A program made the translations under genes and the position numbers. Source: Thermoprotei archaeon (GTDB lineage: Archaea > Thermoproteota > Thermoprotei > Thermoproteales > B15-G16). Taken from it: a stretch of 64,000 bases of DNA. Location of the stretch: NCBI GenBank assembly GCA_003649205.1, contig QMRC01000009.1, forward strand, positions 1 to 64,000, given 5' to 3'. Shown piece by piece: positions 31,244 through 42,357 of this stretch; within the stretch, counting starts at the first letter, position 1; every line of letters starts with the position of its first letter. The notes beneath the pieces were generated by a model that made no database searches, was not told where the DNA came from, and was given only the letters and a program-made list of their open reading frames with translations.

Positions 31244-31705
31244 GTGCTTCGTATGGACTTGAGCGAGAGATTGAGTGAGCTTGTTAAGGTGATTAATGAG
31301 TTGAGGAATGCACTTGATCAAGAACTAGTCAAAATAGCTAACGCCGTACCAGAGCTTAGGAGTGAGATACTATCCAGGACCTGTGTCCTAGTTGATTTAG
31401 AGGATGTAGGCGATGCGTACGTGCTCAGGGTTGACTTGCCTGGATTCAGTAAGAACGAGGTTAGAGTTCGTGTTAGTGAAGAATTTGTCGAGATAGTTGC
31501 CGAGATGTCTGAGAGTAGGAGAAAAGCATTGGAGGGTAGGAAGTTCGTCATTAGAGAGAGAATATTTGAGAAGATTAGGCGTGTCGTTAAACTCCCTTCA
31601 AGAGTGAATCCCGATGCTGCAACAGCAAAGTTAATAGATGGGGTTCTAGAGGTTTATCTGCCCAAGGTAGGTGCTATAAGGCAGATAGAACTACGTCTTG
31701 AGTAG
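31244..31705 (+). CDS. Small heat-shock protein (Hsp20)
   Basis: DLPGFSKNEV...DGVLEVYLPK. Confidence 0.88.
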   Translation: MLRMDLSERLSELVKVINELRNALDQELVKIANAVPELRSEILSRTCVLVDLEDVGDAYVLRVDLPGFSKNEVRVRVSEEFVEIVAEMSESRRKALEGRKFVIRERIFEKIRRVVKLPSRVNPDAATAKLIDGVLEVYLPKVGAIRQIELRLE

Positions 31706-31842
31706 TTGACCTACATTGGTTTACCACTGAGAAAGTAGATCTAACAATAAGTTGTCTAGATTTCTCTTAAGAGCCATAAAGTATATAAGTAGGTCGACTA
31801 GATACCTAGACAAATATACCTATATGTGGCTAGGGGTTTGTC

Positions 31843-32892
31843 ATGAAGTTAGCTCCAGAGGTTCGTAAGGTTCAGTTAACTGGTGGAGCTACGTTAATAG
31901 TGTCATTGCCGAAGGATTGGGTTAGGGTAGTGAATCTAAAGCCAGGTGAGGAAGTACTAATCATACCGCAGCCTGATCTCTCATTGCTTCTAGTGCCTAA
32001 GAAGGGTATGAAGATATTTCCATCGGAGATAGTGCTGGATGTCACCAAGGAGCAGAGTATTGAGCGTATTACGAGGATGATACTTGCTCACTTCGTAGCT
32101 GGTTACGACATAATAAAGGTTAGGTTCAGTCCAAATACTATATCATTGAGGAAAGCTGTTAAGGAGATTGTTAGGAGGAAGATGGTGGGTGCAGAGATCA
32201 TTAGTGAATCAAGTGATGAGTTGACAATTCAGTGCCTTGTTAGTTACAAGGAGGTACCAATTAGTAAGCTCGTTGAGAGGATGGCTATAATTGCTGATGC
32301 TATGTACTTTGATGCCCTGAAGTCATTGATCGAAAATAAGAAGGATCTAGCTAGGGATGTCATAGAGCGTGATGATGAGGTTGATAGGTTCTACTGGTTA
32401 GCTGTGAGGCAGTTGAAGAAAGCTGTGTTAGGTAAAGAAGCTCTTACGGAGATTGGTCTAAAGGATCCAAGACAGTGTCTTGGATATAGGATCGTTGCTA
32501 AATCCATTGAGAGGATTGCTGATCACGCCTCGAAGATTGCTAGTGCTGCGTTGAAGATTGGGGAGAAGATACCTAGTGAACTAGCAAAGAGCATATTAGA
32601 GTACGCTGAATACGCGAGAAGTATCTTCAATGACGCAGTTAAGGCATTTCAGAAGGTTAGTGGTGATTTAGCTCAATCAGTTATGGATCGCGTACTCCAG
32701 ATCCCTAGCAAGGAAGAGGAGCTCTTGATAAAAATCGTTGGTCTAAACCTATCGCCAATAACCGTAGCTGAGCTAAGGATAGTGCTAGATAGCATTAGGA
32801 GAGTAGCTGAGTACAGTGCCGATATAAGTGAGATAACTATTCACCTTGGTGTTGAAGAGAAGCAGGTAGCTTCGTTACCGTTACAGCAATGA
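31843..32892 (+). CDS. phoU: AbrB-PhoU phosphate uptake regulator
   Basis: RKVQLTGG...SLPKDW; two PhoU repeats (DDEVDR, ERIADH). Confidence 0.9.
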   Translation: MKLAPEVRKVQLTGGATLIVSLPKDWVRVVNLKPGEEVLIIPQPDLSLLLVPKKGMKIFPSEIVLDVTKEQSIERITRMILAHFVAGYDIIKVRFSPNTISLRKAVKEIVRRKMVGAEIISESSDELTIQCLVSYKEVPISKLVERMAIIADAMYFDALKSLIENKKDLARDVIERDDEVDRFYWLAVRQLKKAVLGKEALTEIGLKDPRQCLGYRIVAKSIERIADHASKIASAALKIGEKIPSELAKSILEYAEYARSIFNDAVKAFQKVSGDLAQSVMDRVLQIPSKEEELLIKIVGLNLSPITVAELRIVLDSIRRVAEYSADISEITIHLGVEEKQVASLPLQQ

Positions 32893-33579
32893 GCACTGTG
32901 GCGATTCAGTGTTTACGGTGTAGTGAGCTAGTGAATCTAAGTAGTTCGTATACTCGTCAATAAATGATCTAAGTCTATGGAGTGGAACTAGTGGAATACC
33001 CTCGAAGACCAAGGTTTTACCATTCCAAATAGTTACGAGTACCGGAACAATAATCAACTCTACTTTACCTCTAATGTTGAATAATCTATAGGCATTTTTC
33101 CTCAACCACTCAACAAATAGCTCCACCTTCCTCCTAAACTCTACAACCTCTCTTCTCAATCTAGCCTCTCTACCGAACCTAGTGCTCCATCTCTTACACT
33201 CAAGCACTAGTACGTCACGACCTCTAATACCAACTACATCTAGCTCCATCAATCTACTCTGAAACTTAAACCTTAGGTTTCTACGAGTTGTGAAGTCAAA
33301 CGCCTCTAAGATTCTACGACATAGCTCCTCGTACTCTCTCCAATCTAGGAGTAGTGTTAGCTCTTCAGTTGGTAGTAGTCGTTTCTCGAGTAGTGTAAGT
33401 ACGAGACCAACTCTGTCAAGAACCTTGATGTAGTTGTGCATCTCATCTAGCTCTACAAGACCTAGTGCTCGAGCTTGCTTCATCACTGGAATTAGTGAAG
33501 TTGGTATGTGTTCGCCACTGATGTAGCCTGTGTTCAGTAGTTTTTTGATGAAGTTCATCTTAATGCGATCTACTGTCAT
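32881..33579 (-). CDS. PD-(D/E)XK restriction-endonuclease-like protein
   Basis: ELDVVG...LECKRW. Confidence 0.75.
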   Translation of the reverse strand: MTVDRIKMNFIKKLLNTGYISGEHIPTSLIPVMKQARALGLVELDEMHNYIKVLDRVGLVLTLLEKRLLPTEELTLLLDWREYEELCRRILEAFDFTTRRNLRFKFQSRLMELDVVGIRGRDVLVLECKRWSTRFGREARLRREVVEFRRKVELFVEWLRKNAYRLFNIRGKVELIIVPVLVTIWNGKTLVFEGIPLVPLHRLRSFIDEYTNYLDSLAHYTVNTESPQCSLL

Positions 33580-34211
33580 AGCCTCACCGCTGTAATGCAG
33601 ATGATATCCTCAAAGAATTGATAGCTTCGTTTCGTAAACCTAGTAATACGGAATCCAGATCTCCTCAAAATGCTTACTGTCTTCTCTATGTTTGAGTACG
33701 AGGATTGTGTGAGTACGAGGTAGCCGCCCGGTCTTAGGTACTTGGCTGCGTACCTCAAGACCTTATTAATGATCTCCCTACCGTCTACACCACCATACCA
33801 ACTGTACTCAATCCAGGACCTTGGTCTCATGCTATCAGGTAGGTAAGGTGGATTCGACACAACAATATCTACCCTCAAATTCCTCAATGCTTCTAAGGTA
33901 TCCGTACATATTACCTCAATATCGACATAATTGAGCTTAGCATTTACTAAGGTATTGAAGCATGCTACCGGATTTATGTCAGTCGCTACTACCTTTCTAC
34001 AGATTTCTGTGAGGTATAGTGAGAGGATACCACAACCACAACCAATGTCAATTCCGATGTTGAATCTGTGTCCTTCTTTAGCTAGTTCCCTAATGGATTC
34101 GACTGTTAACCAAGTATCTTCACTTGGGGGGTACACATTCGGTAGCACCACTATGTGGTATTCGTTCTTTATCTCGAGTATGGGTTCATAGCTGTAATCT
34201 ACTCTCTTCAT
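33576..34211 (-). CDS. HemK2/Mtq2-family protein methyltransferase
   Basis: VYPPSEDT, DIGCGCG, NPPY, GGVDGRE; start ATG 34211. Confidence 0.88.
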   Translation of the reverse strand: MKRVDYSYEPILEIKNEYHIVVLPNVYPPSEDTWLTVESIRELAKEGHRFNIGIDIGCGCGILSLYLTEICRKVVATDINPVACFNTLVNAKLNYVDIEVICTDTLEALRNLRVDIVVSNPPYLPDSMRPRSWIEYSWYGGVDGREIINKVLRYAAKYLRPGGYLVLTQSSYSNIEKTVSILRRSGFRITRFTKRSYQFFEDIICITAVRL

Positions 34212-35068
34212 GAGGTTGGTAGTGGTATTGTTGGTGCGTTTATGAGTGTGTTCACTATGTAGAGCAGTGCTGCTATTATGAAGCATCTATCTAGTTTGAT
34301 GTTGGTTATCACGTATATTGCGGCTGTGAGGAAGAGGAGAGTTAGTATTTGAGTTATTGGCTGTAGCATCGCTAGGACTATCGTTGCTAAGGGTTGTGAG
34401 GTAGCTAGTTTAACTGCTGTGTACACTATTGGTTGAAGTGATATTGGTAGTAGTGTTGCTAGTGTAACTGTTAGTATTGCTGCTAAGTTTTTTCCTGTTC
34501 TGAGCTTGACATCTACTAGTCTAGAGGTTATGGTTATTATCGAGGCTATGACGCCTAGAGTCACTATGTATGTGAGCACTGTGTACCCTACGCTGTAGCT
34601 CCCTACATAGTGATTGAATAGCTTCAAGTACAGGTTATTGTACACGGCTAGTACTAGTGATGCTATGTAGGTCAGTGCTGTTAGTGGTAGGAATACTGCT
34701 ACGTGATTTGCTAGAAAGGAGAATAGGTTTATGGGTATGAGGGCTCTACTTAACTTCGTACCTAGCTTAATTAGCTTCTCTGGTAATCTTATCGTTGATG
34801 TCATTAATGTCTCCAGTATTTCCTTCTCCTTCAGTATGAATCTATACGCTATCTGACCCTCCTCCGTTAGCTCAAGTGCACCATCACTGCACTGTCTCAG
34901 TATCCCTAACTTCTTTAATACATCTAGATCGTAGTAGAGGGTACCTGGACTAACCCTCATTGTCTTCCTCAGTTCACTAGCTCTCACCTTCTTTCTAAGG
35001 CCAACTATCTCTACTATCTTTCTCCTCCTTTCATGCCCTAAAACTGAGTAGATCTTGCTGAGGTTCAT
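34208..35068 (-). CDS. ArsR-type wHTH fused to a membrane domain
   Basis: LGHERRRKIV...SPGTLYYDL followed by several TM helices; start ATG 35068. Confidence 0.75.
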   Translation of the reverse strand: MNLSKIYSVLGHERRRKIVEIVGLRKKVRASELRKTMRVSPGTLYYDLDVLKKLGILRQCSDGALELTEEGQIAYRFILKEKEILETLMTSTIRLPEKLIKLGTKLSRALIPINLFSFLANHVAVFLPLTALTYIASLVLAVYNNLYLKLFNHYVGSYSVGYTVLTYIVTLGVIASIITITSRLVDVKLRTGKNLAAILTVTLATLLPISLQPIVYTAVKLATSQPLATIVLAMLQPITQILTLLFLTAAIYVITNIKLDRCFIIAALLYIVNTLINAPTIPLPTS

Positions 35069-35195
35069 GTTAGGATAAGCCCATTGGAGATGTGCTTTAC
35101 CGGGATATAAGAGTTTCATTTATTTGGTGTTCACTAGATAGTTTAAATCAACGAATTCCTTAACCTCTACTTGAGGTCAGGTACTTGGTGATTGT

Positions 35196-36128
35196 ATGAG
35201 TAGTAGGATTGTACAGTACAAGAGGGAGTTGCTTGATTTTATCAAGAGTAGAGGTGGTGTTGTAACTGCTTCTATGCTTCGTGAGTGGGCGCAGAAGAGA
35301 GGTATCGGTGACATCACATTACGTGAGATAATTAGTGAGTTAGCTAGGTCTGGTCAAATTGAGTGTTCTTCAGAGAAGGAGGTTATTAGTAGGTTGGAGT
35401 ACGGTGGTACAGTTATTGAGACTATTGAGATTCCTAAGGTAGTGGCTATTAGGGGTAGGTCAGGTAAGAGAGAAGGTACTTCTCATGCTTCTTCACTTCT
35501 TCAGTTTCTGTACCCTAGTGAGGAAGTGAAGAGGGGTAAGCCTAGTGAGGGTAAGGCTTCGCCTTCTCAATCAACTTCAGTACCTTCAACTCCCTCTCTT
35601 AGGGAGGAGAGAGTTCAGGTTAAGGGGGGTAGATCTGGAGTTCAGCTTAAAGTCCTCGAGGAGGGGAAGGTTGTTAGAAGGAAGGTTGTTGAGGTTAAGG
35701 AGCGTGAGATTAGTGCTGTGGGTAAGGAGTTGCTTGAGCTTGTTAGGAGTACTATTTCTCAGGATTTGATTTTGAGTGAGTTTAAGAGGGAAGGACTTAA
35801 GGATGTCGAGGTTGTGTATGAGCTGATTTTGCGTGTTGTTGAGTACTTGAGTAAGTACTGGAGTGTTGGTGAATTGAGGCTTAAGGAGGATTTGTGGAGG
35901 ATATATGCTAAGTCTGAGGTTAATAAGTTGTTAAAGGTTCTTGGTGTATCGGTTGAGAATTTGAGTGAAAGTGAGCTTAGGGAGATCGTTCATGAGAAGT
36001 TGGAGAAAGTTCTCAGGATTTTGAGAAGGGTTGGTTGGATTGAGAGGAAGGAACCAGGTATCATCAACGCTACGGGAAATATGCCAAGGGGGATTTCGAG
36101 AGAACTTAAGTTTGGTGAGTTACTCTAG
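35196..36128 (+). CDS. Hypothetical protein (wHTH-like ends, low-complexity linker)
   Basis: 310 aa ORF with GGTGA RBS. Confidence 0.7.
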   Translation: MSSRIVQYKRELLDFIKSRGGVVTASMLREWAQKRGIGDITLREIISELARSGQIECSSEKEVISRLEYGGTVIETIEIPKVVAIRGRSGKREGTSHASSLLQFLYPSEEVKRGKPSEGKASPSQSTSVPSTPSLREERVQVKGGRSGVQLKVLEEGKVVRRKVVEVKEREISAVGKELLELVRSTISQDLILSEFKREGLKDVEVVYELILRVVEYLSKYWSVGELRLKEDLWRIYAKSEVNKLLKVLGVSVENLSESELREIVHEKLEKVLRILRRVGWIERKEPGIINATGNMPRGISRELKFGELL

Positions 36129-36134
36129 TACTGG

Positions 36135-36464
36135 TTAAGATGATGCTTTTGCTGGTATGTAGATTTCTACTCTTCTACCCTTATCGACAAGCGTTATTAT
36201 TCCTTGGCTATGGAGTGTTCTCAGTATTTTCCTTGCAGTGCTTATCTTCAAGCTATACTTCGTAGCTACCTCATATGGTGTTATACACTTCCACTTGGCT
36301 ATTTCACTAGCTATGGTTTTCATTAACTCATCTGATACTAGGGCTATCTTTTCCTGCCTCATCTCGGCCTGCTGTGCTCTACGTTCTCTTTCCTGTTGTC
36401 TTCTTTGAAGTACTTGTTGTCTCTTTTCCATCTGTGTAATTGTTAGCTTCTTCTTACCACCCAT
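36135..36464 (-). CDS. rps25e: 30S ribosomal protein S25e
   Basis: MGGKKK..., ITPYEVATKY..KISTARKILR. Confidence 0.92.
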   Translation of the reverse strand: MGGKKKLTITQMEKRQQVLQRRQQERERRAQQAEMRQEKIALVSDELMKTIASEIAKWKCITPYEVATKYSLKISTARKILRTLHSQGIITLVDKGRRVEIYIPAKASS

Positions 36465-36504
36465 GCTCTCACCTCCACTTTACATTACGTATCTGGGTTT
36501 AAAC

Positions 36505-36816
36505 CTACTCAACCATTATGTTATCAGGCGAGAAGCCTAGGTTGATTAGTATCTCACGTACTTTGTATCTATGATCACCCTGTAACTCTATTCTACCTTC
36601 CTTAGCCGTTCCACCACAAGCTAGTTTTGACTTAAGTTGTGAAGCTAACTCTTTCAAGCTAATGCTCTTTGGATCTAGACCCTCGATTATTGTTACTTCA
36701 TGACCTCTACGTCTCTCCAACCTAATCCTGATAAGTTGCTGCTCTTTAACTATTGTTTGGCAGACACAGAGCTCTTTAGGTAATCCACATCTCGGACAAA
36801 TTTCCTCAAATGCCAT
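36505..36816 (-). CDS. Translation initiation factor aIF1 (SUI1)
   Basis: [22 protein letters not shown]. Confidence 0.93.
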   Translation of the reverse strand: MAFEEICPRCGLPKELCVCQTIVKEQQLIRIRLERRRGHEVTIIEGLDPKSISLKELASQLKSKLACGGTAKEGRIELQGDHRYKVREILINLGFSPDNIMVE

Positions 36817-36959
36817 TTCTCGCTCTCAACCCCTCTTACATGTCAGCACTTGTTTCTTAACTTAAAAAGGTTACTCAATATGAGTTACCGAAGTTAAGAG
36901 AAAGGATTTTTAGGGGTATTTAAAAGGCTAATGTATGGACGCATAGGGGGTGTCTTTCT

Positions 36960-37520
36960 TTGCCAAAACCAACATACAGGATAGAGAACATCGTTGCTAC
37001 GGTGAACCTGCACTGTGATCTGGACTTAGATGAGCTAGCTGAGAGATTACCTAATGCAGAGTACAATCCAGAACAGTTCCCTGGTCTCATCCTGAGGTTA
37101 CAGAAACCTAAGGTCTCGACATTAATCTTTAGAACTGGTAAGATTGTGTGTACTGGTGCTAAGTCTGAGAATGAGTTGAAGAGAGCTGTTAAGGCTTTAG
37201 TGAAAATGTTGAAGGAGCATGGTGCTAATATACCTGGTGAACCTGAGGTAAAGATTCAGAACGTTGTTGCATCTGCTAACCTACATGCTGAGGTCGATAT
37301 TGAGAAGGCTGCACTTCTTCTTGAGAACTGTATGTATGAACCAGAGCAATTCCCTGGTTTGATCTATAGAATGGATGAACCACGTGTAGTTCTCCTAATA
37401 TTTAGTTCCGGTAAGATGGTGTGCACTGGTGCTAAGAAAGAGGATCAGGTGAGAGAAGCTGTTGAGAAGATATATTACATACTTAGAGACCTTGGTGTAT
37501 TGTATGAAGAGGAAAGGTGA
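36960..37520 (+). CDS. tbp: TATA-box binding protein
   Basis: Two repeats: IENIVAT...YNPEQFPGL and IQNVVAS...YEPEQFPGL. Confidence 0.97.
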   Translation: MPKPTYRIENIVATVNLHCDLDLDELAERLPNAEYNPEQFPGLILRLQKPKVSTLIFRTGKIVCTGAKSENELKRAVKALVKMLKEHGANIPGEPEVKIQNVVASANLHAEVDIEKAALLLENCMYEPEQFPGLIYRMDEPRVVLLIFSSGKMVCTGAKKEDQVREAVEKIYYILRDLGVLYEEER

Positions 37521-37551
37521 CTTGAGTAGTCACTGAAGCTAAGTTCTGTTG

Positions 37552-40500
37552 CTAAATTATGAGACCTTTCTCCTTCAACTCTCTATACAGCTCCAAGATT
37601 ACTTCGCTGTAATCTTCTTCTCCCCTCTCTATCCTATCCATTAGCTCTAGAACGTACCTTGTCCTCTCTTCACTAACTAGGTCTCTGTACTTACCTCCGT
37701 CAACAGTTACTAAGTACTCGTAAACTGCAGTACCAAGCTTCGTTGGTATTAGGAATTTTCTTCTTCCAATTGTTATTGCATACCTCCTCTCTAATATGGT
37801 TTGTACTATCTTCGCGTATGTTGATGGTCTACCAATACCTCTCTCCTTCATCAATGCAATGACCTCACCCTGTGTTAGTGGATAGACCTTAGCTGTTCTT
37901 CTGTATGTTGCTTCAACTATCTTGTAGGTACCTTGTGTAAGTGGTTTCTCTATGTTCACTAGCTGATACACCTTTATGAAGCCAGGTTCTACTACACCAA
38001 CGTACCTCTCTACAGTTTGCTCTATATCTAGTAACCTCACCTTAGCTACCTGCTTGATTACCTTAGCTGATTTCATCTGACTAGCTATGAACCTTCTAAA
38101 TACTAGGTCGTACACCGCGTAGTGTAGGTATGTGAGTGGTCTAGCGAGCTTTAGTAGGCCCATAGCTATTAGTCTCCTCAATCTATCGGTGTCGATTGGT
38201 CTTGTTGGTCTAATACATTCGTGAGCACCTATGTGACCACCAATTACCCACTGTCTAGGTACGAAATATTCTTCCCCAATGTTTTCACTTATGTATTGCT
38301 TAGCTAGTGCTATGCCAGCTGATGAAACTCGTGTACTATCTGTTCTGTGGTATGTTATGAGACCTAGCTCGAAGAGGTCTTGTGCAATTCTCATAGCTGT
38401 CTGTGCATCAATACCTAGTCTCTGTGAGGCATCTCTTAGTAATGAATCAGTTGTGTACGGTGGTGGAGGTGGTAATTCAATTTCCTCCTCCTTCGTCTCG
38501 AGTACTTCTACCTTCTCGAACTCAACAAGTCTCTGAGTTAACCACCTAGCTACCCTACCGTCTACTACTGGGATCTCGATGGATAGTCTACTACCATCTT
38601 CCAGAGTTATGTTGAATACATACGTTTTTGTCTCACGGAATTTCCTGTAGAAGTCTATTATCCAACCGAGTACAGGCGTCTGAACTCTACCCGCTGAGAG
38701 TGTTTTCTTACCAAAGTGTTTCTGAACTAGCGTGCTCAAGCTAAATCCAAGCCACCTATCCTCGATTCTTCTTACGAGTTGTGCCTGGACCATCCTCATG
38801 TCTATGGTTCTTGGGTTCTCAAGTGCCTGAGCTATGGCTCTCTTTGTGATTTCGTGGAACTCAATCCTCCTAACTTCATCAACGTATGGTCTTAGAGCTA
38901 GCATTACATCCCATGCTATCTTCTCTCCTTCTGCATCTGGGTCTGTACCTATGAGTACGACATCTACTTCACTAGCTAGCTCTCTCAGTACCTGAATTAC
39001 AGGCCACGAATCTGCTACGTTTGTTGATTTACATCTTGGACATACATTGGTTTCGAGAGCAAAGGTATTACCACAGTTCCTACATCTCTTGAGTACTGTA
39101 TAGATTGGTATGAAGCCCTTCTCTGTCTTCAGTACACCGTAGATGTTTGTCTCAGTTAATGTACCTTCTGATAGTAGGTCAAATATGTGACCCTTAGTAG
39201 CGACTATTGCTAGTGAGTACGTACCTGTACTAACTTCGTAAACTGGTACTCCATTGATAATCCTTACGTTTGGTCTACCGAAGAATCTAGCTATTGTCCT
39301 AGCCTTTGTAGGTGATTCGACTATGAGTAATGCTGCTTTCATTGGTTCTTTCAGTTCTGAAGGAGGTATCTTACCTTCAAGTAGTGCTCTAATCCTATCT
39401 CTCTCTTCGTCAATTACCTTGAGTATCTCCTCGAGGTTTACCTCATTGAAGTCCTTCCACTCAATTTCCTCAAGTATGAAGGATAGCTCTCTCTTGAGTG
39501 CATTGAATGCTTTTTCATCGTCTACAATGAGTACAGAGAGACCGTGAGATACACCACCGGCATAAAGTCTTGAGGTTCTTCCTGATGCCTGTATGTATGT
39601 TGTTACATCTGGTACTATGAACACGTACCTACCATCTACCTCACGTAGAGAGATGTAGGGTGACTTAGCTATCTTCTCCTTAACATCAGGTCTAGACATT
39701 AACTCTGATACAAACTTCATAACTGACTCAATGACATTCTGTACATAGCCAAGGAATCCCTGTAGCTTCTCACCTCTCTTAATAACCTCTAGAACCTGCT
39801 TTAGCTGATCCTCACGTAGTAATGCCACATTTCTTAGCTGAGCAATGTACTTATCACATAGGTCAGCTTCTTCCCTAGGTACTACATCTCTCAGTACGTG
39901 TAGAAGCGTCATGTACCTAACAGGATGGAATTCCTCAATATTTAGCGTGAACTTGAACTTTGGTACACCGGTGAATACAGCATACCTAACCCTCTGTGGT
40001 AGGTCGATTCCTCTAACTAGTGGTGATCTAGCTGTTGCGGTACCGATGAGTACGTCGTACTCGCCAGCAACGAACTTATCGAGTACATCTCTCTTCGGCT
40101 TAATGTACGCGTACGCCTTAATTCCTCTCTGATTTAGGTACTCACAGAGCTTAACTATGAACTCCTTACCTTGATCAGGTGGTACGAATACAAGTCCTCC
40201 ACTACCTAATTTCCTAACTACTGACAGTACCTTATCGAATATGTCCTCACCTTCTCTAAGGTATGTGTATGTGTCAACTATGTTCCTCAAGTACTCCATT
40301 CTGGAACCTATATCGAATCCAAGGAATTCACGGAAGAGTAGTACACGTAGTGTCCTTCTAGCTCTAGCAAGTGCACCGGATACTACGAGGATGCCGATCT
40401 TACGGTTACTGAGCTCCTTCCTAATCTCCTCCCTTAACTTAACTACCCTTTCCTGATACTCAGTTACCTTACTCTTCTCAGAAGGTATCCGTGATACCTT

Positions 40501-41247
40501 CCTCAACTCCTTCAGCGTTCTAATCAGTTCCTCACCAAGCTCAATAGCTCTCTTAGGTATACCGAGGAGTAGGAGTACACGATCTATGTTCTTACTCGTT
40601 GCCTTTAGGAAGCTATCTACATCATCTACAAATATGAAGTCAAATCTGTACTTCGATAGTAATTCGAAGTTTCTCGATATAAACATCGTAGTCACTATCA
40701 GTACATCAAACCTACCCTCCTCAATAGCCTTGATAGCTTCTGCTTTCTCCTTTGCACTCAACATTGCGTGGTAGCAAACTACCTTAACTCCTAGACCTAG
40801 TTTACTAGCGTAGGCTACAGTCTTCCTATATACCTGCTCAACTAGTAGAGATGTAGGTAAAACAATGAGACATCTCTCACCGAATTTCGATGCTTTGTAG
40901 AGAGCCATTAGTATGCCAAAGGTCGTCTTACCTGAACCTGTGGGGGCTATGACAGCAAAGCTTTTGCCCTTGAAGATTCTCTTCGCCCATAACCTCTGTG
41001 CACTCCACATGCTTGTACCGAGTGCTGCCTTGAAGAACTCATTAAATGCATTTACCTGTCTATTAAGCTCAAGGTAATCTCTCAATAACTTCAATCTACC
41101 ACTAGACTCGAGATACAGCAGTGCCTGGTATCTATCCTCTAGCTCGGTAGGTAGACAAGTACTGCAGGGTAATCCCTTTTCCAGCCTATCCGAGTCTATT
41201 GGTCCTCCACAGTTTGGACATAGGTTGAGGTATCTAGCTAGCGTCAT
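37552..41247 (-). CDS. rgy: Reverse gyrase
   Basis: CPNCGG zinc finger, APTGSGKTT, DDVD, VESPTKA, SAGRVQTP, ITYHRTDS. Confidence 0.98.
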   Translation of the reverse strand: MTLARYLNLCPNCGGPIDSDRLEKGLPCSTCLPTELEDRYQALLYLESSGRLKLLRDYLELNRQVNAFNEFFKAALGTSMWSAQRLWAKRIFKGKSFAVIAPTGSGKTTFGILMALYKASKFGERCLIVLPTSLLVEQVYRKTVAYASKLGLGVKVVCYHAMLSAKEKAEAIKAIEEGRFDVLIVTTMFISRNFELLSKYRFDFIFVDDVDSFLKATSKNIDRVLLLLGIPKRAIELGEELIRTLKELRKVSRIPSEKSKVTEYQERVVKLREEIRKELSNRKIGILVVSGALARARRTLRVLLFREFLGFDIGSRMEYLRNIVDTYTYLREGEDIFDKVLSVVRKLGSGGLVFVPPDQGKEFIVKLCEYLNQRGIKAYAYIKPKRDVLDKFVAGEYDVLIGTATARSPLVRGIDLPQRVRYAVFTGVPKFKFTLNIEEFHPVRYMTLLHVLRDVVPREEADLCDKYIAQLRNVALLREDQLKQVLEVIKRGEKLQGFLGYVQNVIESVMKFVSELMSRPDVKEKIAKSPYISLREVDGRYVFIVPDVTTYIQASGRTSRLYAGGVSHGLSVLIVDDEKAFNALKRELSFILEEIEWKDFNEVNLEEILKVIDEERDRIRALLEGKIPPSELKEPMKAALLIVESPTKARTIARFFGRPNVRIINGVPVYEVSTGTYSLAIVATKGHIFDLLSEGTLTETNIYGVLKTEKGFIPIYTVLKRCRNCGNTFALETNVCPRCKSTNVADSWPVIQVLRELASEVDVVLIGTDPDAEGEKIAWDVMLALRPYVDEVRRIEFHEITKRAIAQALENPRTIDMRMVQAQLVRRIEDRWLGFSLSTLVQKHFGKKTLSAGRVQTPVLGWIIDFYRKFRETKTYVFNITLEDGSRLSIEIPVVDGRVARWLTQRLVEFEKVEVLETKEEEIELPPPPPYTTDSLLRDASQRLGIDAQTAMRIAQDLFELGLITYHRTDSTRVSSAGIALAKQYISENIGEEYFVPRQWVIGGHIGAHECIRPTRPIDTDRLRRLIAMGLLKLARPLTYLHYAVYDLVFRRFIASQMKSAKVIKQVAKVRLLDIEQTVERYVGVVEPGFIKVYQLVNIEKPLTQGTYKIVEATYRRTAKVYPLTQGEVIALMKERGIGRPSTYAKIVQTILERRYAITIGRRKFLIPTKLGTAVYEYLVTVDGGKYRDLVSEERTRYVLELMDRIERGEEDYSEVILELYRELKEKGLII

Positions 41248-41310
41248 TTAATAGACCTCGTGTGTAGAGCTGAGAGTTAGATTAAAAAGATTTGGGTAAT
41301 GCTTAAATAA

Positions 41311-42357
41311 ATGGTGCTTCCTACGTCGAGTACACGTAGTTTCTCGATTTTGGTGTCTTTCGCCTTTGTACCTCTCTGGAGAGTAACCAAGGTACTTACC
41401 TCACTAGGTGATGTGGATAATGTGTCGTTTGTTGTAGGCCCTATAGTTGAGGGTGAGGTCAAGCCCTTCATTAAGGTATTGAGTTCAGGTATTCTCTTCA
41501 GATACTTACCTAAGGACTTGAGATGTGTTGAGGAGGAGGTCAAGCTTGTTCGTAGAGTGGCTCCTAATGTGCCGGTGTTCCTTCACATGTTTGTCTCTTC
41601 GCCTAGTTTTGCGGAGAGGGTATTGAGGAGTCTTGGTAGTGAGGTTGATGGTTTACTTCTTGAGGTTGGTGCTGTTGTGAAGAAGCTGCAGAGTGTGTAC
41701 TTGATGCGTGAGGTCCTTGAGGTCATTTCTGATGTATGTAAGGTGCCTACTGCCATCTTCATACCTTCACCTATATCTTACTCACTGAACGAGGTTGCAG
41801 ATGTTGTCAGGGACGTGCCTACTGACTTTTTGGTATGTTTTTCTAGACCTTGTTGTAGTGGGTTTTTGCTTGATTCAGAGGCTTTTCTCGAGCTAAATCT
41901 ATCGGTTATGTCGAGGATATTTCTTGAGAGGTTCGACTGTACGTACATTGCATGTGGTGGTGTTACTGATTCGGTTTCAATGGTGAAGTACTTCCTATCT
42001 GGGTTCAATGCTGTTATGCTCGATACGGTGTTCTTAGTGAAGAGTTTGGGTGATGTAATTGACTTAATTAGGTATGGTGCTGTGTTATGCTCGAGATTGT
42101 CATCAGTTAAGCCTAGTGAGTACAGGAGGCGTTTTCTCCTATCCTCTAGTAGAGTTACTTCTGGTGTTAGACCTTGTGTAGTGGTTGAGTACTGTAGGGG
42201 TTGTGGTATTTGTTCCGTGGTTTGTCCTGAGAGGTGTATTACCTTGGTCAACGATGTTGCTCACATAGATCACGATAGGTGTAGTGCTTGTCTTCTCTGT
42301 GTTAGTGCTTGTCCTTTCTCTGCTATTACCTTGATGAAGTCTTGTGAGGTGAGGTAG
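41311..42357 (+). CDS. Degenerate DHODH/PreA-like barrel with C-terminal 2x[4Fe-4S]
   Basis: IACGGV...SGFNAV; CRGCGICSVVCP and CSACLLCVSACP. Confidence 0.6.
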   Translation: MVLPTSSTRSFSILVSFAFVPLWRVTKVLTSLGDVDNVSFVVGPIVEGEVKPFIKVLSSGILFRYLPKDLRCVEEEVKLVRRVAPNVPVFLHMFVSSPSFAERVLRSLGSEVDGLLLEVGAVVKKLQSVYLMREVLEVISDVCKVPTAIFIPSPISYSLNEVADVVRDVPTDFLVCFSRPCCSGFLLDSEAFLELNLSVMSRIFLERFDCTYIACGGVTDSVSMVKYFLSGFNAVMLDTVFLVKSLGDVIDLIRYGAVLCSRLSSVKPSEYRRRFLLSSSRVTSGVRPCVVVEYCRGCGICSVVCPERCITLVNDVAHIDHDRCSACLLCVSACPFSAITLMKSCEVR